From Longivirga aurantiaca (GTDB taxonomy: Bacteria; Actinomycetota; Actinomycetes; S36-B12; CAIYMF01): a DNA stretch of 32,000 nt. Within the stretch, counting starts at the first letter, position 1. Every line of letters starts with the position of its first letter. Shown here in pieces: positions 1-11,024 of this stretch. Location of the stretch: positions 300,001 to 332,000 of the forward strand of contig NZ_JBHSTI010000002.1 of assembly GCF_042660085.1 (NCBI RefSeq), written 5' to 3'. The notes under the pieces are model-generated. The model saw nothing but the letters and a program-made list of their open reading frames with translations, was not told the origin of the DNA and did not search any database. The translations under genes were made by a program, and so were the position numbers.

Positions 1-347
1 TGCACGGGGACGGCCGACGAGGGGTAGCGCATGCGGGCGGCCTTGGCGATGTGCTCGGCGAGGTCGCCCATGCGCTCGAGCGAGGCGGAGATGCGCAGGG
101 CCGCGACGATGATGCGCAGGTCGGTCGCCACCGGCTGCTGACGGGCCGACACCTGGAAGCAGTCGGCCTCGACCTTGGAGGCGATCGCGTCGATGGCCTC
201 GTCGCCCGCGATGACGCTCTCGGCCAGGGCGAGGTCGGCATCGAGCAGGGATTGCGTGGCGCGGTTCATGGCCGAGCCGACGAGCCGCGTCATCTCGACG
301 AGCTCGTCGCTCACCTGGTCGAGCTGGGAGTGGTAGGTCTCGCGCAT
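1..347 (-). CDS. phoU: Phosphate transport system regulatory protein PhoU (partial, C-terminus outside window)
   Basis: Minus strand from ATG at 347 reads MRETYHSQLDQVSDELVEMTRLVGSAMNRATQSLLDADLALAESVIAGDEAIDAIA..., a PhoU-like N-terminus; divergent from a senX3-regX3 pair as in other actinobacteria. Not in the ORF track because it runs off the window edge. Confidence 0.93.
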   Translation of the reverse strand, partial: MRETYHSQLDQVSDELVEMTRLVGSAMNRATQSLLDADLALAESVIAGDEAIDAIASKVEADCFQVSARQQPVATDLRIIVAALRISASLERMGDLAEHIAKAARMRYPSSAVPV

Positions 348-456
348 CGCTGGTCCTCGCCTCGCGCCACTGGGGCCGGTCTGCGGAGCCGGAGGGAGCC
401 GGCTTCCCGATCGGCCATGAGCCTAGGCCCGGCTGGGTACCAGCCGGTGCCTCAGA

Positions 457-1749
457 GTGAACGAACCCCGACCGCCAGATGAACATCGGGTGTCGAGAGT
501 GAACACGGGGCGAAGTCTTGCACTGCAGGCCGTTCGCCGTTCGTTCGCACTCCCGCTCGGCCCTATCGTGGTCGTTGTGGACGGCGCCCTGGGCCTCATC
601 GTGGCCTCCGTTGCGGCGTTCGCCGTCGGCGTCCTGGCCACCTACGTCGTCCTCCGACGCCGGGCCGGGCCTCACGCGGACACCGCGCGGCTGGCCCTGG
701 AGCGGGACGACGTCCCCTCGCCGAACGTCCCCGAAGGCCTCGGGCGGCTGCTTGCGGTGCTGCCCGGTGCGGCATTCGTCGTGGGTGCTGACGACGGCGT
801 CCTGCGCGCGTCCACCCAGAGCGCGGCGCTCGGCGTCGTGCAGGGCCGGCGCCTGGACATCCCCGAGATCCGCGCGCTCGTCGCCGCGGTGCGCCGGGAC
901 GGCGTCATCCGCGAGGAGGACCTCGAGCTCCGGCGCCCGCCGCTGGGCAAGGGCGTCATCCATGCCCGCGTCCGGGTAGCGACGCTGTCACCGACCGCAG
1001 CCCTCGTGATCGTCGAGGACCTGTCGGAGGCCCTGCGTCTCGACGCCGTCCGCCGCGACTTCGTGGCCAACGTGTCGCACGAGCTGAAGACCCCTGTGGG
1101 CGCGCTGTCGCTCCTCGCCGAGGCTGTGCAGAGCGCGAGCGACGACCCCGAGGCCGTGCAGCGCTTCTCCGCCCGCATGCAGGTCGAGTCGAGACGGCTC
1201 ACCAACCTCATGAACGACCTCGTCGACCTCTCCCGGCTGCAGGGCGCCGAGGTGGCCCAGGCCGAGCCGGTCGAGGTCGACCGCGTCGTGGCCGAGGCCG
1301 TCGACGCCACGAAGCTGCTGGCCGGTTCCCGCGACATCGAGGTGGTGATCGGGAGCCCGGTGGGTGCGGTGGTCCTCGGCAGCGAGGCCCAGCTCGTCAT
1401 GGCGCTGCGCAACCTGCTCACGAACGCCATCGCCTACTCGCCGACGGGCACCCGGGTGGTCGTCGCGGCGCGCCGCGGCGACCAGGCCGTCGAGATCGGC
1501 GTGACCGACCAGGGGATCGGCATCCCCGAGGGCGAGCAGGCCCGGATCTTCGAGCGCTTCTACCGCGTCGACCCGGCACGGTCGCGCATCACCGGCGGCA
1601 CCGGCCTCGGCCTTGCCATCGTCAAGCACGTCTGCGTCAACCACGGCGGCGAGTGCACCGTCTGGTCCGTCGAGGGCGAGGGCTCGACGTTCACCCTCAG
1701 GCTTCCGCTGGCACCCGCCGGCACCACCGAAGGAGACACCCCCCAGTGA
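457..1749 (+). CDS. senX3: Two-component sensor histidine kinase, SenX3/PhoR type
   Basis: H-box (FVANVSHELKTPVGALSLLAEA), N-box (NLLTNAIAYSPTGT), G-box (DQGIGIPEGEQARIFERFYRVDPARSRITGGTGLGLAIVKH); N-terminal hydrophobic segments. GTG start at 457 or 499 is ambiguous. Confidence 0.93.
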   Translation: MNEPRPPDEHRVSRVNTGRSLALQAVRRSFALPLGPIVVVVDGALGLIVASVAAFAVGVLATYVVLRRRAGPHADTARLALERDDVPSPNVPEGLGRLLAVLPGAAFVVGADDGVLRASTQSAALGVVQGRRLDIPEIRALVAAVRRDGVIREEDLELRRPPLGKGVIHARVRVATLSPTAALVIVEDLSEALRLDAVRRDFVANVSHELKTPVGALSLLAEAVQSASDDPEAVQRFSARMQVESRRLTNLMNDLVDLSRLQGAEVAQAEPVEVDRVVAEAVDATKLLAGSRDIEVVIGSPVGAVVLGSEAQLVMALRNLLTNAIAYSPTGTRVVVAARRGDQAVEIGVTDQGIGIPEGEQARIFERFYRVDPARSRITGGTGLGLAIVKHVCVNHGGECTVWSVEGEGSTFTLRLPLAPAGTTEGDTPQ

Positions 1750-2426
1750 CCCGTGTTCTCGTCGTGGAGGACGAGGAGTCCTTCTCGGACGCCCTGTCCT
1801 TCATGCTGCGCAAGGAGGGCTTCGAGGTCGGCATCGCGGCGACGGGCACCGATGCCGTCGCCCAGTTCGACCAGAACGGGGCCGACCTCGTGCTGCTCGA
1901 CCTCATGCTGCCCGGCATGTCCGGCACCGAGGTGTGCCGCGCGCTGCGCCAGCGCTCGAGCGTGCCGATCATCATGGTCACGGCCAAGGACGGCGAGGTC
2001 GACAAGGTCGTCGGCCTCGAGCTCGGAGCAGACGACTACGTGACCAAGCCGTTCTCCTCGCGCGAGCTCGTGGCGCGCATCCGCGCCGTCCTGCGACGCG
2101 CGTCCGAGCCCGAGGAGCTCGTGCCCCCGACGCTCGAGGCCGGGCCCGTGCGGATGGACGTCGACCGCCACGTGGTCACGGTGGGCGGCGATGGAGTGAC
2201 GCTGCCGCTCAAGGAGTTCGAGCTGCTCGAGGTGCTCCTGCGCAACGCCGGACGCGTGCTCACCCGCGGCATGCTCATCGACCGCGTCTGGGGCTCTGAC
2301 TACGTCGGCGACGGGAAGACCCTCGATGTCCACGTCAAGCGCCTCCGCGCGAAGATCGAGACGGACCCGGCCGCCCCGCGCCACCTGGTCACCGTGCGCG
2401 GCCTGGGCTACAAGTTCGAGCCGTGA
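1746..2426 (+). CDS. regX3: Response regulator transcription factor, OmpR/PhoB family (RegX3-like)
   Basis: GTG start overlapping the kinase stop (GTGA); VTRVLVVEDEESFSDALSFMLRKEGFEV...DLVLLDLMLPGMSG...MVTAKDGEVDKVVGLELGADDYVTKPF plus C-terminal winged helix (LTRGMLIDRVWGSDYVGDGKTLDVHVKRLRAKIE). Confidence 0.94.
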   Translation: MTRVLVVEDEESFSDALSFMLRKEGFEVGIAATGTDAVAQFDQNGADLVLLDLMLPGMSGTEVCRALRQRSSVPIIMVTAKDGEVDKVVGLELGADDYVTKPFSSRELVARIRAVLRRASEPEELVPPTLEAGPVRMDVDRHVVTVGGDGVTLPLKEFELLEVLLRNAGRVLTRGMLIDRVWGSDYVGDGKTLDVHVKRLRAKIETDPAAPRHLVTVRGLGYKFEP

Positions 2427-2460
2427 CCTGACCGCACCCGACCGTGCTCCCGACGAACGA

Positions 2461-2494
2461 CGACGGCCCCCCGGATCGCTCCGGGGGGCCGTCG
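2461..2494. terminator. Strong bidirectional terminator-like hairpin between convergent regX3 and the lipoprotein gene
   Basis: Perfect 15-bp stem cgacggccccccgga / tccggggggccgtcg with loop tcgc. Confidence 0.85.
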
Positions 2495-2511
2495 TCGTAC
2501 GGCGAGGTGCC

Positions 2512-3033
2512 TCAGCTGAGGCCGAGGGGGGCGATGCCCTCGTAGATGCCGGTCGGCGGTACCGCCATGACGTCCATCCGGACGGTCCCGGCCCGCTGGA
2601 ACTGGAGCTCCACCGTCACGTACTGCGTGGGCGAGGCCTCGAGACCCGTGATGTCGACGTGGTCCTCGGCGTTGTAGCCGATGCGCGTGTAGGTGCTCGT
2701 CTTGAGCGGCAGGGTGCCGGCGACGGCGGCCGTACCGCCGATCGTGGCCTTGCCCGTCGGCTCGACGAGCGTGACGCCGGTGAGGGCGTCGTCCTCGGTG
2801 CCCCGGTTGACGATCGTGCCGATCAGGGTGCCCTGGGGCGAGCCGTCCACCTTGACGATGGTGATGTCGCGGATCTGGAGATCGCCGAGGTTGGTGTTGG
2901 CGCCGTTGCCCGATGCTGCCTGGAGCCCGGTGGCGGCGCTGAAGCCGGTGGAGCAGCCGGTGAGGCTCGAGACCAGCGCCAGGGTGAGCGCCGAGGCGGC
3001 GACGACGTGGCGCGTACGGCGGGTGGCTGGCAC
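2512..3033 (-). CDS. Secreted lipoprotein of unknown function
   Basis: 173 aa; signal peptide plus lipobox (ALTLALVSSLTGC); convergent with regX3. Confidence 0.8.
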   Translation of the reverse strand: MPATRRTRHVVAASALTLALVSSLTGCSTGFSAATGLQAASGNGANTNLGDLQIRDITIVKVDGSPQGTLIGTIVNRGTEDDALTGVTLVEPTGKATIGGTAAVAGTLPLKTSTYTRIGYNAEDHVDITGLEASPTQYVTVELQFQRAGTVRMDVMAVPPTGIYEGIAPLGLS

Positions 3034-3415
3034 GGGATCGCTCCTAGCGGTACCGGTCGGATCGGGCGGTCGCCAGCCTAGGGCATCACCGCCCTCCCAC
3101 CGGGCGTGACCTGCGACGGAGCAGCGCCGCGCGACGCGTACCCCCGGGGGCGCGCGGCCCCCCAGCCGCCCGGAGGGGCCGTCCGGCCGACCCCTCCGGG
3201 CGGTGCCGCTCCCGGCCCGGGCCCGACGTCGGACCCCGCGCCTACCCTGGCGCGACGCCCCGTGACCGCGTGCTCCATGCCCGCGACCGCCGGGGACAAG
3301 CGCGTCCGCCGCCGTTTGTCAAGCCCCGATCAGGCCTCTGACCTGCGACAACGCCCTCCGAGCGGCTCTGGGAGCGTGGTAAACTCGTCGGTACCTGGAA
3401 AGGGGAGCCCCACCT

Positions 3416-3898
3416 ATGACGTTCACGGTCGGTGACACGGTTGTCTACCCGCATCACGGTGCAGCACTCATTGAGGCTGTTGAGAAGCGGGTGATCAAGG
3501 GGGTCGAGAGGGACTATCTCGTCCTGCGTGTCGCGCAGGGTGACCTGACCGTCCGGGTCCCCGCCGACAACGTCGACCTCGTCGGCGTGCGCGACGTGGT
3601 GAACCAGGAGGGCCTCGATCGCGTCTTCGACGTGCTGCGCCAGCCGTACACCGAGGAGCCGACCAACTGGTCGCGCCGCTACAAGGCGAACCTCGAGAAG
3701 CTCGCGAGCGGCGACGTCATCAAGGTGGCCGAGGTCGTGCGCGACCTCTGGCGCCGTGAGCGTGAGCGTGGCCTCTCCGCCGGCGAGAAGAGAATGCTCG
3801 CAAAGGCGCGTCAGATCCTTGTGTCGGAGCTCGCACTTGCCGAGAACACAAACGAGGACAAGGCAGAGGCGATCCTCGACGAGGTTCTCGCCTCCTGA
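3416..3898 (+). CDS. carD: CarD family RNA polymerase-interacting transcriptional regulator
   Basis: [25 protein letters not shown]...[59 protein letters not shown] is the canonical CarD sequence. Confidence 0.97.
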   Translation: MTFTVGDTVVYPHHGAALIEAVEKRVIKGVERDYLVLRVAQGDLTVRVPADNVDLVGVRDVVNQEGLDRVFDVLRQPYTEEPTNWSRRYKANLEKLASGDVIKVAEVVRDLWRRERERGLSAGEKRMLAKARQILVSELALAENTNEDKAEAILDEVLAS

Positions 3899-3974
3899 CC
3901 GGCGCGCCCGCGTCGGCGTCGGCAACGGCGTCAGCAGCACCACTGCCCAGTCCTCGTGAGGAGGAATCGGCAGC

Positions 3975-5081
3975 ATGGCCCTCAAGCTCTCGCGCGTGCC
4001 CAGCGTGATGGTCGAGGCACTGCGTCTCACCGTCGTGGTGTTCGGCGCCGGTGTCGGCTACGAGATCGCCGATCGGATGGGCGCTGAGCCCTCGGGCGAG
4101 GTCCTCGGCCCGTTCTCCGGGCTGTGGCTCGGCGCGATCGTCGGCGCCATGCTCGGCTACGTCCTCGGTGGCGTCGTCGCCCGGCTCACCGTCCGCACGC
4201 TCGACCGCGGCGAGCGCGTGCTCGACGGCCTCTCCCCGGAGCAGGCCGTCGCGGGCTCGTTCGGCGCCATGGTGGGCGCGGTGTTCGGCGCCGTCGTCAC
4301 CTGGCCGCTCTTCCTCATCGGGCCGCCGCTCATCGTGGTGCCCGTCTTCGTCTTCGTCGTCGCATGCGTCAGCCTGTTCGGCTTCCGCGTCGGCCGGGCC
4401 CGCCGGGACGCCGTCATGCAGGCGGTCGGGGGGCGTGGCGGCCTCGCGGCCGTCAAGGCGCCCTCGGTCACGCTGCCCCGTCTCGTGGACACCTCGGTGG
4501 CGATCGACGGCCGGGTGCTGGACGTCGTCCGCTCGGGCTTCCTGCACGGTCGCTTCCTGGTGCCGCAGCCGGTTCTGGACGAGCTGCAGTCGATGGCCGA
4601 CTCCGGCGACGAGCACCGCCGGGCCAAGGGCCGCCGCGGCCTCGACGTCTTCGAGGCCCTCCGCCACGAGCAGGGGGTCGACCTGCAGACCATCCCCGAC
4701 GAGGCCATCTCCGTGACCGACGTGGACGCCAAGCTCGTGCGGATGTCGATCGACCGCAACTGCGCGCTGCTCACCTTCGACACCAACCTCGCCAAGGCCG
4801 CCGCGATCGCCGGCGTCCGCGTGCTCAACCTGCACGGGCTGGCGCTCGCGCTGCGCCCGCTGGTCGTCGTCGGGGACGAGGTCGACCTCCACCTGCTCAA
4901 GGCGGGCAAGGAGCAGGGCCAGGCCGTGGGCTACCTCGACGACGGCACGATGGTGGTCACCGAGCACGCACGGGACCGCGTGGGCCAGGATGTGCGCGTG
5001 ATGGTGACCAGCGTGCTCACGACGGCCAACGGCCGCCTCGTGTTCGCCAAGCCGACCGTGACCAACGGCGCCGCCCGGTGA
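3975..5081 (+). CDS. PIN/TRAM domain-containing integral membrane protein (YacL-like)
   Basis: Glycine-rich N-terminal TM helices, PIN domain (LVDTSVAIDGRVLDVVRSGFLHGRFLVPQPVLDELQSMAD...NCALLTFDTNLAKAA), C-terminal TRAM (KQGQAVGYLDDGTMVVTEHARDRVGQDVRVMVTSVLTTANGRLVFAKP). Confidence 0.93.
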   Translation: MALKLSRVPSVMVEALRLTVVVFGAGVGYEIADRMGAEPSGEVLGPFSGLWLGAIVGAMLGYVLGGVVARLTVRTLDRGERVLDGLSPEQAVAGSFGAMVGAVFGAVVTWPLFLIGPPLIVVPVFVFVVACVSLFGFRVGRARRDAVMQAVGGRGGLAAVKAPSVTLPRLVDTSVAIDGRVLDVVRSGFLHGRFLVPQPVLDELQSMADSGDEHRRAKGRRGLDVFEALRHEQGVDLQTIPDEAISVTDVDAKLVRMSIDRNCALLTFDTNLAKAAAIAGVRVLNLHGLALALRPLVVVGDEVDLHLLKAGKEQGQAVGYLDDGTMVVTEHARDRVGQDVRVMVTSVLTTANGRLVFAKPTVTNGAAR

Positions 5082-5803
5082 CGCTGACGGCAGCAGTCGT
5101 CCCAGCAGCGGGACGAGGGGAGCGGCTCGGGCCTGGAGCGCCCAAGGCGCTGCGCCTCCTCGGAGGCGTCCCCATGCTCGTGCACGCCGTCCGTGCGCTC
5201 GCCACAGCCCGATCTGTCGACCTCGTCGTCGTCGCCGCACCTGAGGACGGCGTCGGCGACGTCGTCGCGCTCCTCGCCGAGCACAACCTCCTCGACGCCT
5301 CTCCCGGTGTCGCGCCGTCGATGGTGGTCTCGGGCGGCGAGACGCGGCAGGACTCGGTCGCCCGCGCGCTCGTGTCGCTGCCCGCCGAGGTCGACGTCGT
5401 CCTCGTCCACGACGCCGCCCGCCCGCTCGTGCCCTCGACCCTGATCGACGCCGTCTCCGCCGCCGTGCGGGCCGGGGCGGACGCCGTCGTGCCCGGTATC
5501 CCCGTGGCCGACACCATCAAGGCGGTGGACGCCGACGGCGGCGTGGTGGCCACCCTCGACCGCGGAGCGCTCCGCGCGATCCAGACGCCGCAGGGCTTCC
5601 GCCGCACTGTCCTGACCTCCGCGCACGCGGCGTCCGACCCGGATGCCCCCGCCACCGACGACGCGGGCCTCGTGGAGGCCCTCGGCGTCGAGGTGCTGGT
5701 GGTGCCCGGCGACGAGGAGGCCTTCAAGGTCACCCGTCCGATCGACCTCGTCCTCGCCGAGGCAGTCCTCGCCCGACGGAGGGCTGCCGGTGTCGTCAGC
5801 TGA
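5078..5803 (+). CDS. ispD: 2-C-methyl-D-erythritol 4-phosphate cytidylyltransferase
   Basis: GTG start overlapping the previous stop; [30 protein letters not shown]...[13 protein letters not shown]...[13 protein letters not shown]...[11 protein letters not shown]...[21 protein letters not shown]. Confidence 0.95.
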   Translation: MTLTAAVVPAAGRGERLGPGAPKALRLLGGVPMLVHAVRALATARSVDLVVVAAPEDGVGDVVALLAEHNLLDASPGVAPSMVVSGGETRQDSVARALVSLPAEVDVVLVHDAARPLVPSTLIDAVSAAVRAGADAVVPGIPVADTIKAVDADGGVVATLDRGALRAIQTPQGFRRTVLTSAHAASDPDAPATDDAGLVEALGVEVLVVPGDEEAFKVTRPIDLVLAEAVLARRRAAGVVS

Positions 5804-6272
5804 CCTGCCGCGCGTGGGCACCGGGGTCGACGTGCATCCGTTCGAGGACGGGCGCGAGCTCTGGCTCGCCTGCCTCGACTGGCCGGGGGAGACCGGCGTC
5901 GCCGGCCACTCGGACGGCGACGTCGCGGCGCACGCGATCTGCGACGCCCTGCTCGCCGCCGCGGGCATCGGCGACCTCGGCTCGGTCTTCGGCACCGACC
6001 GTCCCGAGCTCGCCGGGGCCTCGGGAGCCGCGCTGCTCACCGAGACCGTGCGGCTCCTGGCCGAGGCCGGCTGGGCGGTCGGCAACGTGAGCGTCCAGAT
6101 CATCGGCAACCGCCCGAAGGTCGGCCCTCGTCGGCTGGCCGCCGAGGCCGCCCTGACCGAGGTCGTCGGGGCGCCGGTCTCGGTGTCGGCGACGACCACC
6201 GACGGTCTCGGCCTCACCGGCCGGGGCGAGGGCCTCGCCGCGATCGCCACCGCGCTCGTCGTCCGCGCCTGA
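5790..6272 (+). CDS. ispF: 2-C-methyl-D-erythritol 2,4-cyclodiphosphate synthase
   Basis: [71 protein letters not shown]...[15 protein letters not shown]...[24 protein letters not shown]; overlaps ispD by 14 bp if GTG 5790 is the start. Confidence 0.95.
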   Translation: MSSADLPRVGTGVDVHPFEDGRELWLACLDWPGETGVAGHSDGDVAAHAICDALLAAAGIGDLGSVFGTDRPELAGASGAALLTETVRLLAEAGWAVGNVSVQIIGNRPKVGPRRLAAEAALTEVVGAPVSVSATTTDGLGLTGRGEGLAAIATALVVRA

Positions 6273-6423
6273 CCCCGGAGAGTCACCGAGCACCGCCTAT
6301 CCGTGCGGATCGGCGTGTTCCCGCCACGCTGCGTGACGCTTCACACGCCCGTCGTCAGGTGTGCCCGCCGGATATCGGGGCAAGTCTGTGCGTGACCGGA
6401 ACAGGTGATTGAGGATGGATCGC

Positions 6424-6819
6424 ATGCCGACGACACTCACGGACGTTGAGAAGGCGTGGTTCGACTCCGCGGAGTTCGCGACCATCGCCACGATCGAGCC
6501 CGACGGCCGCCCTCAGCTCTCGGTGGTCTGGGTCAGCCGCGACGGTGACGACATCCTCGTCTCCACCGTCGAGGGACGCCGCAAGCACCGCAACCTCACG
6601 GCCGACCCGCGGTGCACCGTGCTGCTGTCGCCGAAGGACTCGCCGTACACCTACGTCGAGATCCGCGGCACGGCGAGCATGACCCGCGAGGGCGGGCGCG
6701 AGCTCATCGACGAGCACTCGCACAAGTACCGCGGCATCGACCGCTACCCCGGCGACGACGGCACCGACAACATCCGCGTGGTCGTGCGGATCACCCCGGA
6801 CAAGGTCGTCCACTACTGA
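6424..6819 (+). CDS. PPOX-class (pyridoxamine 5'-phosphate oxidase-like / F420-dependent) family protein
   Basis: MPTTLTDVEKAWFDSAEFATIATIEPDGRPQLSVVWVSRDGDDILVSTVEGRRKHRNLTADPRCTVLL, typical split beta-barrel PPOX protein; ATG at 6424 preferred over 6409. Confidence 0.85.
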   Translation: MPTTLTDVEKAWFDSAEFATIATIEPDGRPQLSVVWVSRDGDDILVSTVEGRRKHRNLTADPRCTVLLSPKDSPYTYVEIRGTASMTREGGRELIDEHSHKYRGIDRYPGDDGTDNIRVVVRITPDKVVHY

Positions 6820-6929
6820 GCCCCGCGCGCTGACACGGATCGAGCCCGCCGTCTCCCGGGACCACGAGCGAGGGGACGATCAGTCTCAGCGGTCAGGGGT
6901 GACCGGCTGGCGCCGTTAGGCTTGCGCCC

Positions 6930-8350
<1,421 letters not shown>

Positions 8351-8351
<1 letters not shown>

Positions 8352-9355
8352 TGGCCGGCAACAGCCAGCGCAAGGGTGCGATGCGCAAGGAGGGCACCAA
8401 GAAGGGGCAGGTCGTCGGCAGCGGCGGCCAGCGCCGTCGCGGCCTCGAGCCGAAGGGCCCGACGCCCAAGGCGACCGAGCGCACCAAGCACCCTGCTGCA
8501 CGGCGTACCCGGGCGGTGGAGAAGAAGGCCGAGGCCGAGGCGAAGAAGGCTCCGGCTCCCCGCTCCGGCGCTCGCGGCGGCACGTCCGTCCGCGCGAGCA
8601 AGGACGGCGTCGAGATGGTCTTCGGCCGCAACTCCGTGCTCGAGGCGCTGCGTGCGGCCGTGCCCGGCAAGGCGCTCTACGTGCAGCAGTTCCTCGAGAG
8701 CGACGACCGGGTGCGTGAGGCGTTCACGCTCGCGGCCGAGCTCCACCTGCCGATGCTCGAGGCCCAGCGGTCGCATCTCGACAAGATGACGGCCGGCGCG
8801 GTGCACCAGGGCCTCGTGCTCGAGGTGCCGCCGTACAAGTACGCCGAGGCCTCGGACCTGCTCGACCGCGCCGCGGCCGCCGGTGAGCCCGCGCTCATCG
8901 TCGCGCTCGACGGCATCACCGACCCGCGCAACCTCGGCGCCGTCGTGCGCTCCGCGGCGGCGTTCGGCGCGCACGGCGTGCTGGTGCCCGAGCGGCGCGC
9001 CGCCGGGATGACGGCGTCGGCCTGGAAGACCTCGGCCGGCGCGGCCGCGCGCGTGCCGGTGGCCCGTGCGACCAACCTGACGCGCGCGCTCAAGGCGTAC
9101 GCCGAGGCGGGCTGCTTCATCATCGGCCTCGCCGCGGGCGAGACCTCGCTCGACGACCTCGACACGGACCTGTCGACGGGCCCGATCGTGGTGGTCGTCG
9201 GCAGCGAGGGCGAGGGCCTGTCGCGCCTGGTCTCCGAGGCGTGCGACCTCATCGTCGGCATCCCCATGACGAGCACGACGGAGTCGCTCAACGCAGGCGT
9301 CGCTGCCAGCGTGACGCTGTACGCCGTCAGCCACGCGCGCCGCAACGCCCGCTGA
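8351..9355 (+). CDS. rlmB: 23S rRNA (guanosine-2'-O-)-methyltransferase RlmB / TrmH-family SpoU methyltransferase
   Basis: ATG overlapping the cysS stop; basic N-terminal extension then [22 protein letters not shown]...[35 protein letters not shown]...[46 protein letters not shown]. Confidence 0.95.
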
Positions 9356-9404
9356 CCCTGCGCATCACCGCGCTTCCCGTCGTGGGCAGGCGCATACTCG
9401 GCCC

Positions 9405-9626
9405 ATGGGCAGGGTCGAGCATGCGTCGTGCGGGTACAGCGAGTACGCGCCCGGGTGCTCCGACTGGGAGTGCCTGGTGCACCGGCTCGACGTCGCGACG
9501 TTCAAGGGCTGGCCGACCGAGGCGCTGCAGGCCCGGCTCGACGAGTCGCTCTCGGCCGCTCTTGACGAGCTGGTCTCGACCGCGCGGTCTCGGCGCGCCC
9601 ACCCGAGCAGCCGGACGAGGGGCTGA
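9405..9626 (+). CDS. Small hypothetical protein (73 aa)
   Basis: ORF between rlmB and the convergent antiporter gene; MGRVEHASCGYSEYAPGCSDWECLVHRLDVATFKGWPTEALQARLDESL... has non-random composition but no family was recognised. Confidence 0.35.
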   Translation: MGRVEHASCGYSEYAPGCSDWECLVHRLDVATFKGWPTEALQARLDESLSAALDELVSTARSRRAHPSSRTRG

Positions 9627-9641
9627 CGCCCGCCGGGCCGG

Positions 9642-10880
9642 TCAGCGGGCTGGCTCCGCCTCCACCTCGTCTTGCGCGGCCGTCTCGCGTCGAGGGTTGA
9701 TGCGGTCGCCGAGGAGCGGGAAGACGAGCACCGACAGCGCACCGGCGCCGACGAGTGCGGCGGCGTTCTCGGGCAGCATGACGCCCGCGCCCACCTGGAT
9801 CGTGGTGATGGCGACGAGCAGCGGGAGGCCCGTGGCGATGTACAGCGAGAACTGCCAGCGCTCGCGGGTGTCGGGCAGCGCGTACCGGTAGAGGACGTAC
9901 TGCGGGAGGCCGCGCACCAGCAGCAGCAGCGCGAAGAAGAGCAGGAGCCGCAAGGGGTTCTTCGCGATCGAGGCGATGTCGAGGTTGGCGCCGCTGACGA
10001 TGAAGAACAGAGGGATGAAGAAGCCGAAGCCGATCGCCTCGACCTTGGGCAGGAGCCGGTTCCCGGCGTCAGGCGGCGAGTAGCGGCGCAGGATCACGCC
10101 GGCGACGAAGGCGCCGAGAACGGCGTCGAAGCCGAACGACGCGGCGATGGTCAGGAGGAAGAGCAGGAGGACGACGGTCCAGCGGACGGCGGTCTGCGAG
10201 CTCGTGTGGTGGCTGCGGTCCATGAGCTCGCGTACGCGGGTGGACATCAGGTGCCCCGGAGCACGCCAGACGAGGTAGGCGAGCACCGCGAACACCGCGA
10301 GCACGAGGATCGTGATCCACATCGACTTCGAGCCGAGCAGCAGCGCGATGGCGAGGATCGGTCCGAACTCGCCTGCCGCACCGCCGCCCATGAAGAACTG
10401 GCCGAACGGAGTCGAGAGCTGCCCGCGGTCGCGCACGACCGGCAGCAGCGTGCCCATCGCCGTGGTGGTGAGCGCGATGGCGATGCCGACGAGGTCGTTG
10501 ACGACCCCGAGCTCCCACAGGCCCCACACCACGACGAGCGCGATGACCAGCGACACGACCCACCCGCTCGCGGCGAGCCGGCCGGAGCGGCCGCGGATGG
10601 TCGACTGCTCGAGCTCGTAGCCGGCGAGGAAGAAGAGGAGTCCGAGGCCGAGCTCGTTCATGAGCTGGACGCTCTCGTCGATCTCGATGAGGCCGAGGAC
10701 GTTGGGGCCGAGCAGGATGCCGAAGCCGAGCAGCAGCACCACCTCGGCGACGCGCAGGCGGAGCAGGCCCACCACGAGCGGCACGCTGGCCGCGACCAGG
10801 CCGATGATGAGCAGTGACACGAGCTCACGCTCGAGGGTCTCGCTGGTGGCGAGCAAGGCGGTCAGGCTGTGCGCGTCCAC
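9642..10880 (-). CDS. Cation:proton antiporter (Kef/CPA2-type Na+/H+ exchanger domain)
   Basis: 412 aa polytopic; LLGFGILLGPNVLGLIEIDESVQLMNELGLGLLFFLAGYELEQSTIRGRSG...AAGEFGPILAIALLLGS...FFIVSGANLDIASIA. GTG start. Confidence 0.9.
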   Translation of the reverse strand: MDAHSLTALLATSETLERELVSLLIIGLVAASVPLVVGLLRLRVAEVVLLLGFGILLGPNVLGLIEIDESVQLMNELGLGLLFFLAGYELEQSTIRGRSGRLAASGWVVSLVIALVVVWGLWELGVVNDLVGIAIALTTTAMGTLLPVVRDRGQLSTPFGQFFMGGGAAGEFGPILAIALLLGSKSMWITILVLAVFAVLAYLVWRAPGHLMSTRVRELMDRSHHTSSQTAVRWTVVLLLFLLTIAASFGFDAVLGAFVAGVILRRYSPPDAGNRLLPKVEAIGFGFFIPLFFIVSGANLDIASIAKNPLRLLLFFALLLLVRGLPQYVLYRYALPDTRERWQFSLYIATGLPLLVAITTIQVGAGVMLPENAAALVGAGALSVLVFPLLGDRINPRRETAAQDEVEAEPAR

Positions 10881-11024
10881 GGCGTCCCTCCGACGGAGCG
10901 GGTGCTGTCGGGGTCGAGGCTAGGGGACGTCGCGGACCCCGTGTACGCCGGTCGGCGATCCGGAGGGAGCTGCAATCCGAAGCGCGCACCGGTTGAAACG
11001 GTTACGCGCCAGGGGATTGCGGCC

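Noticed and set aside
4124-5077. N-terminal extension of the 4124..5803 ORF
   Set aside because: Arg/Pro-rich out-of-frame reading of the PIN/TRAM gene; ispD begins at GTG 5078.
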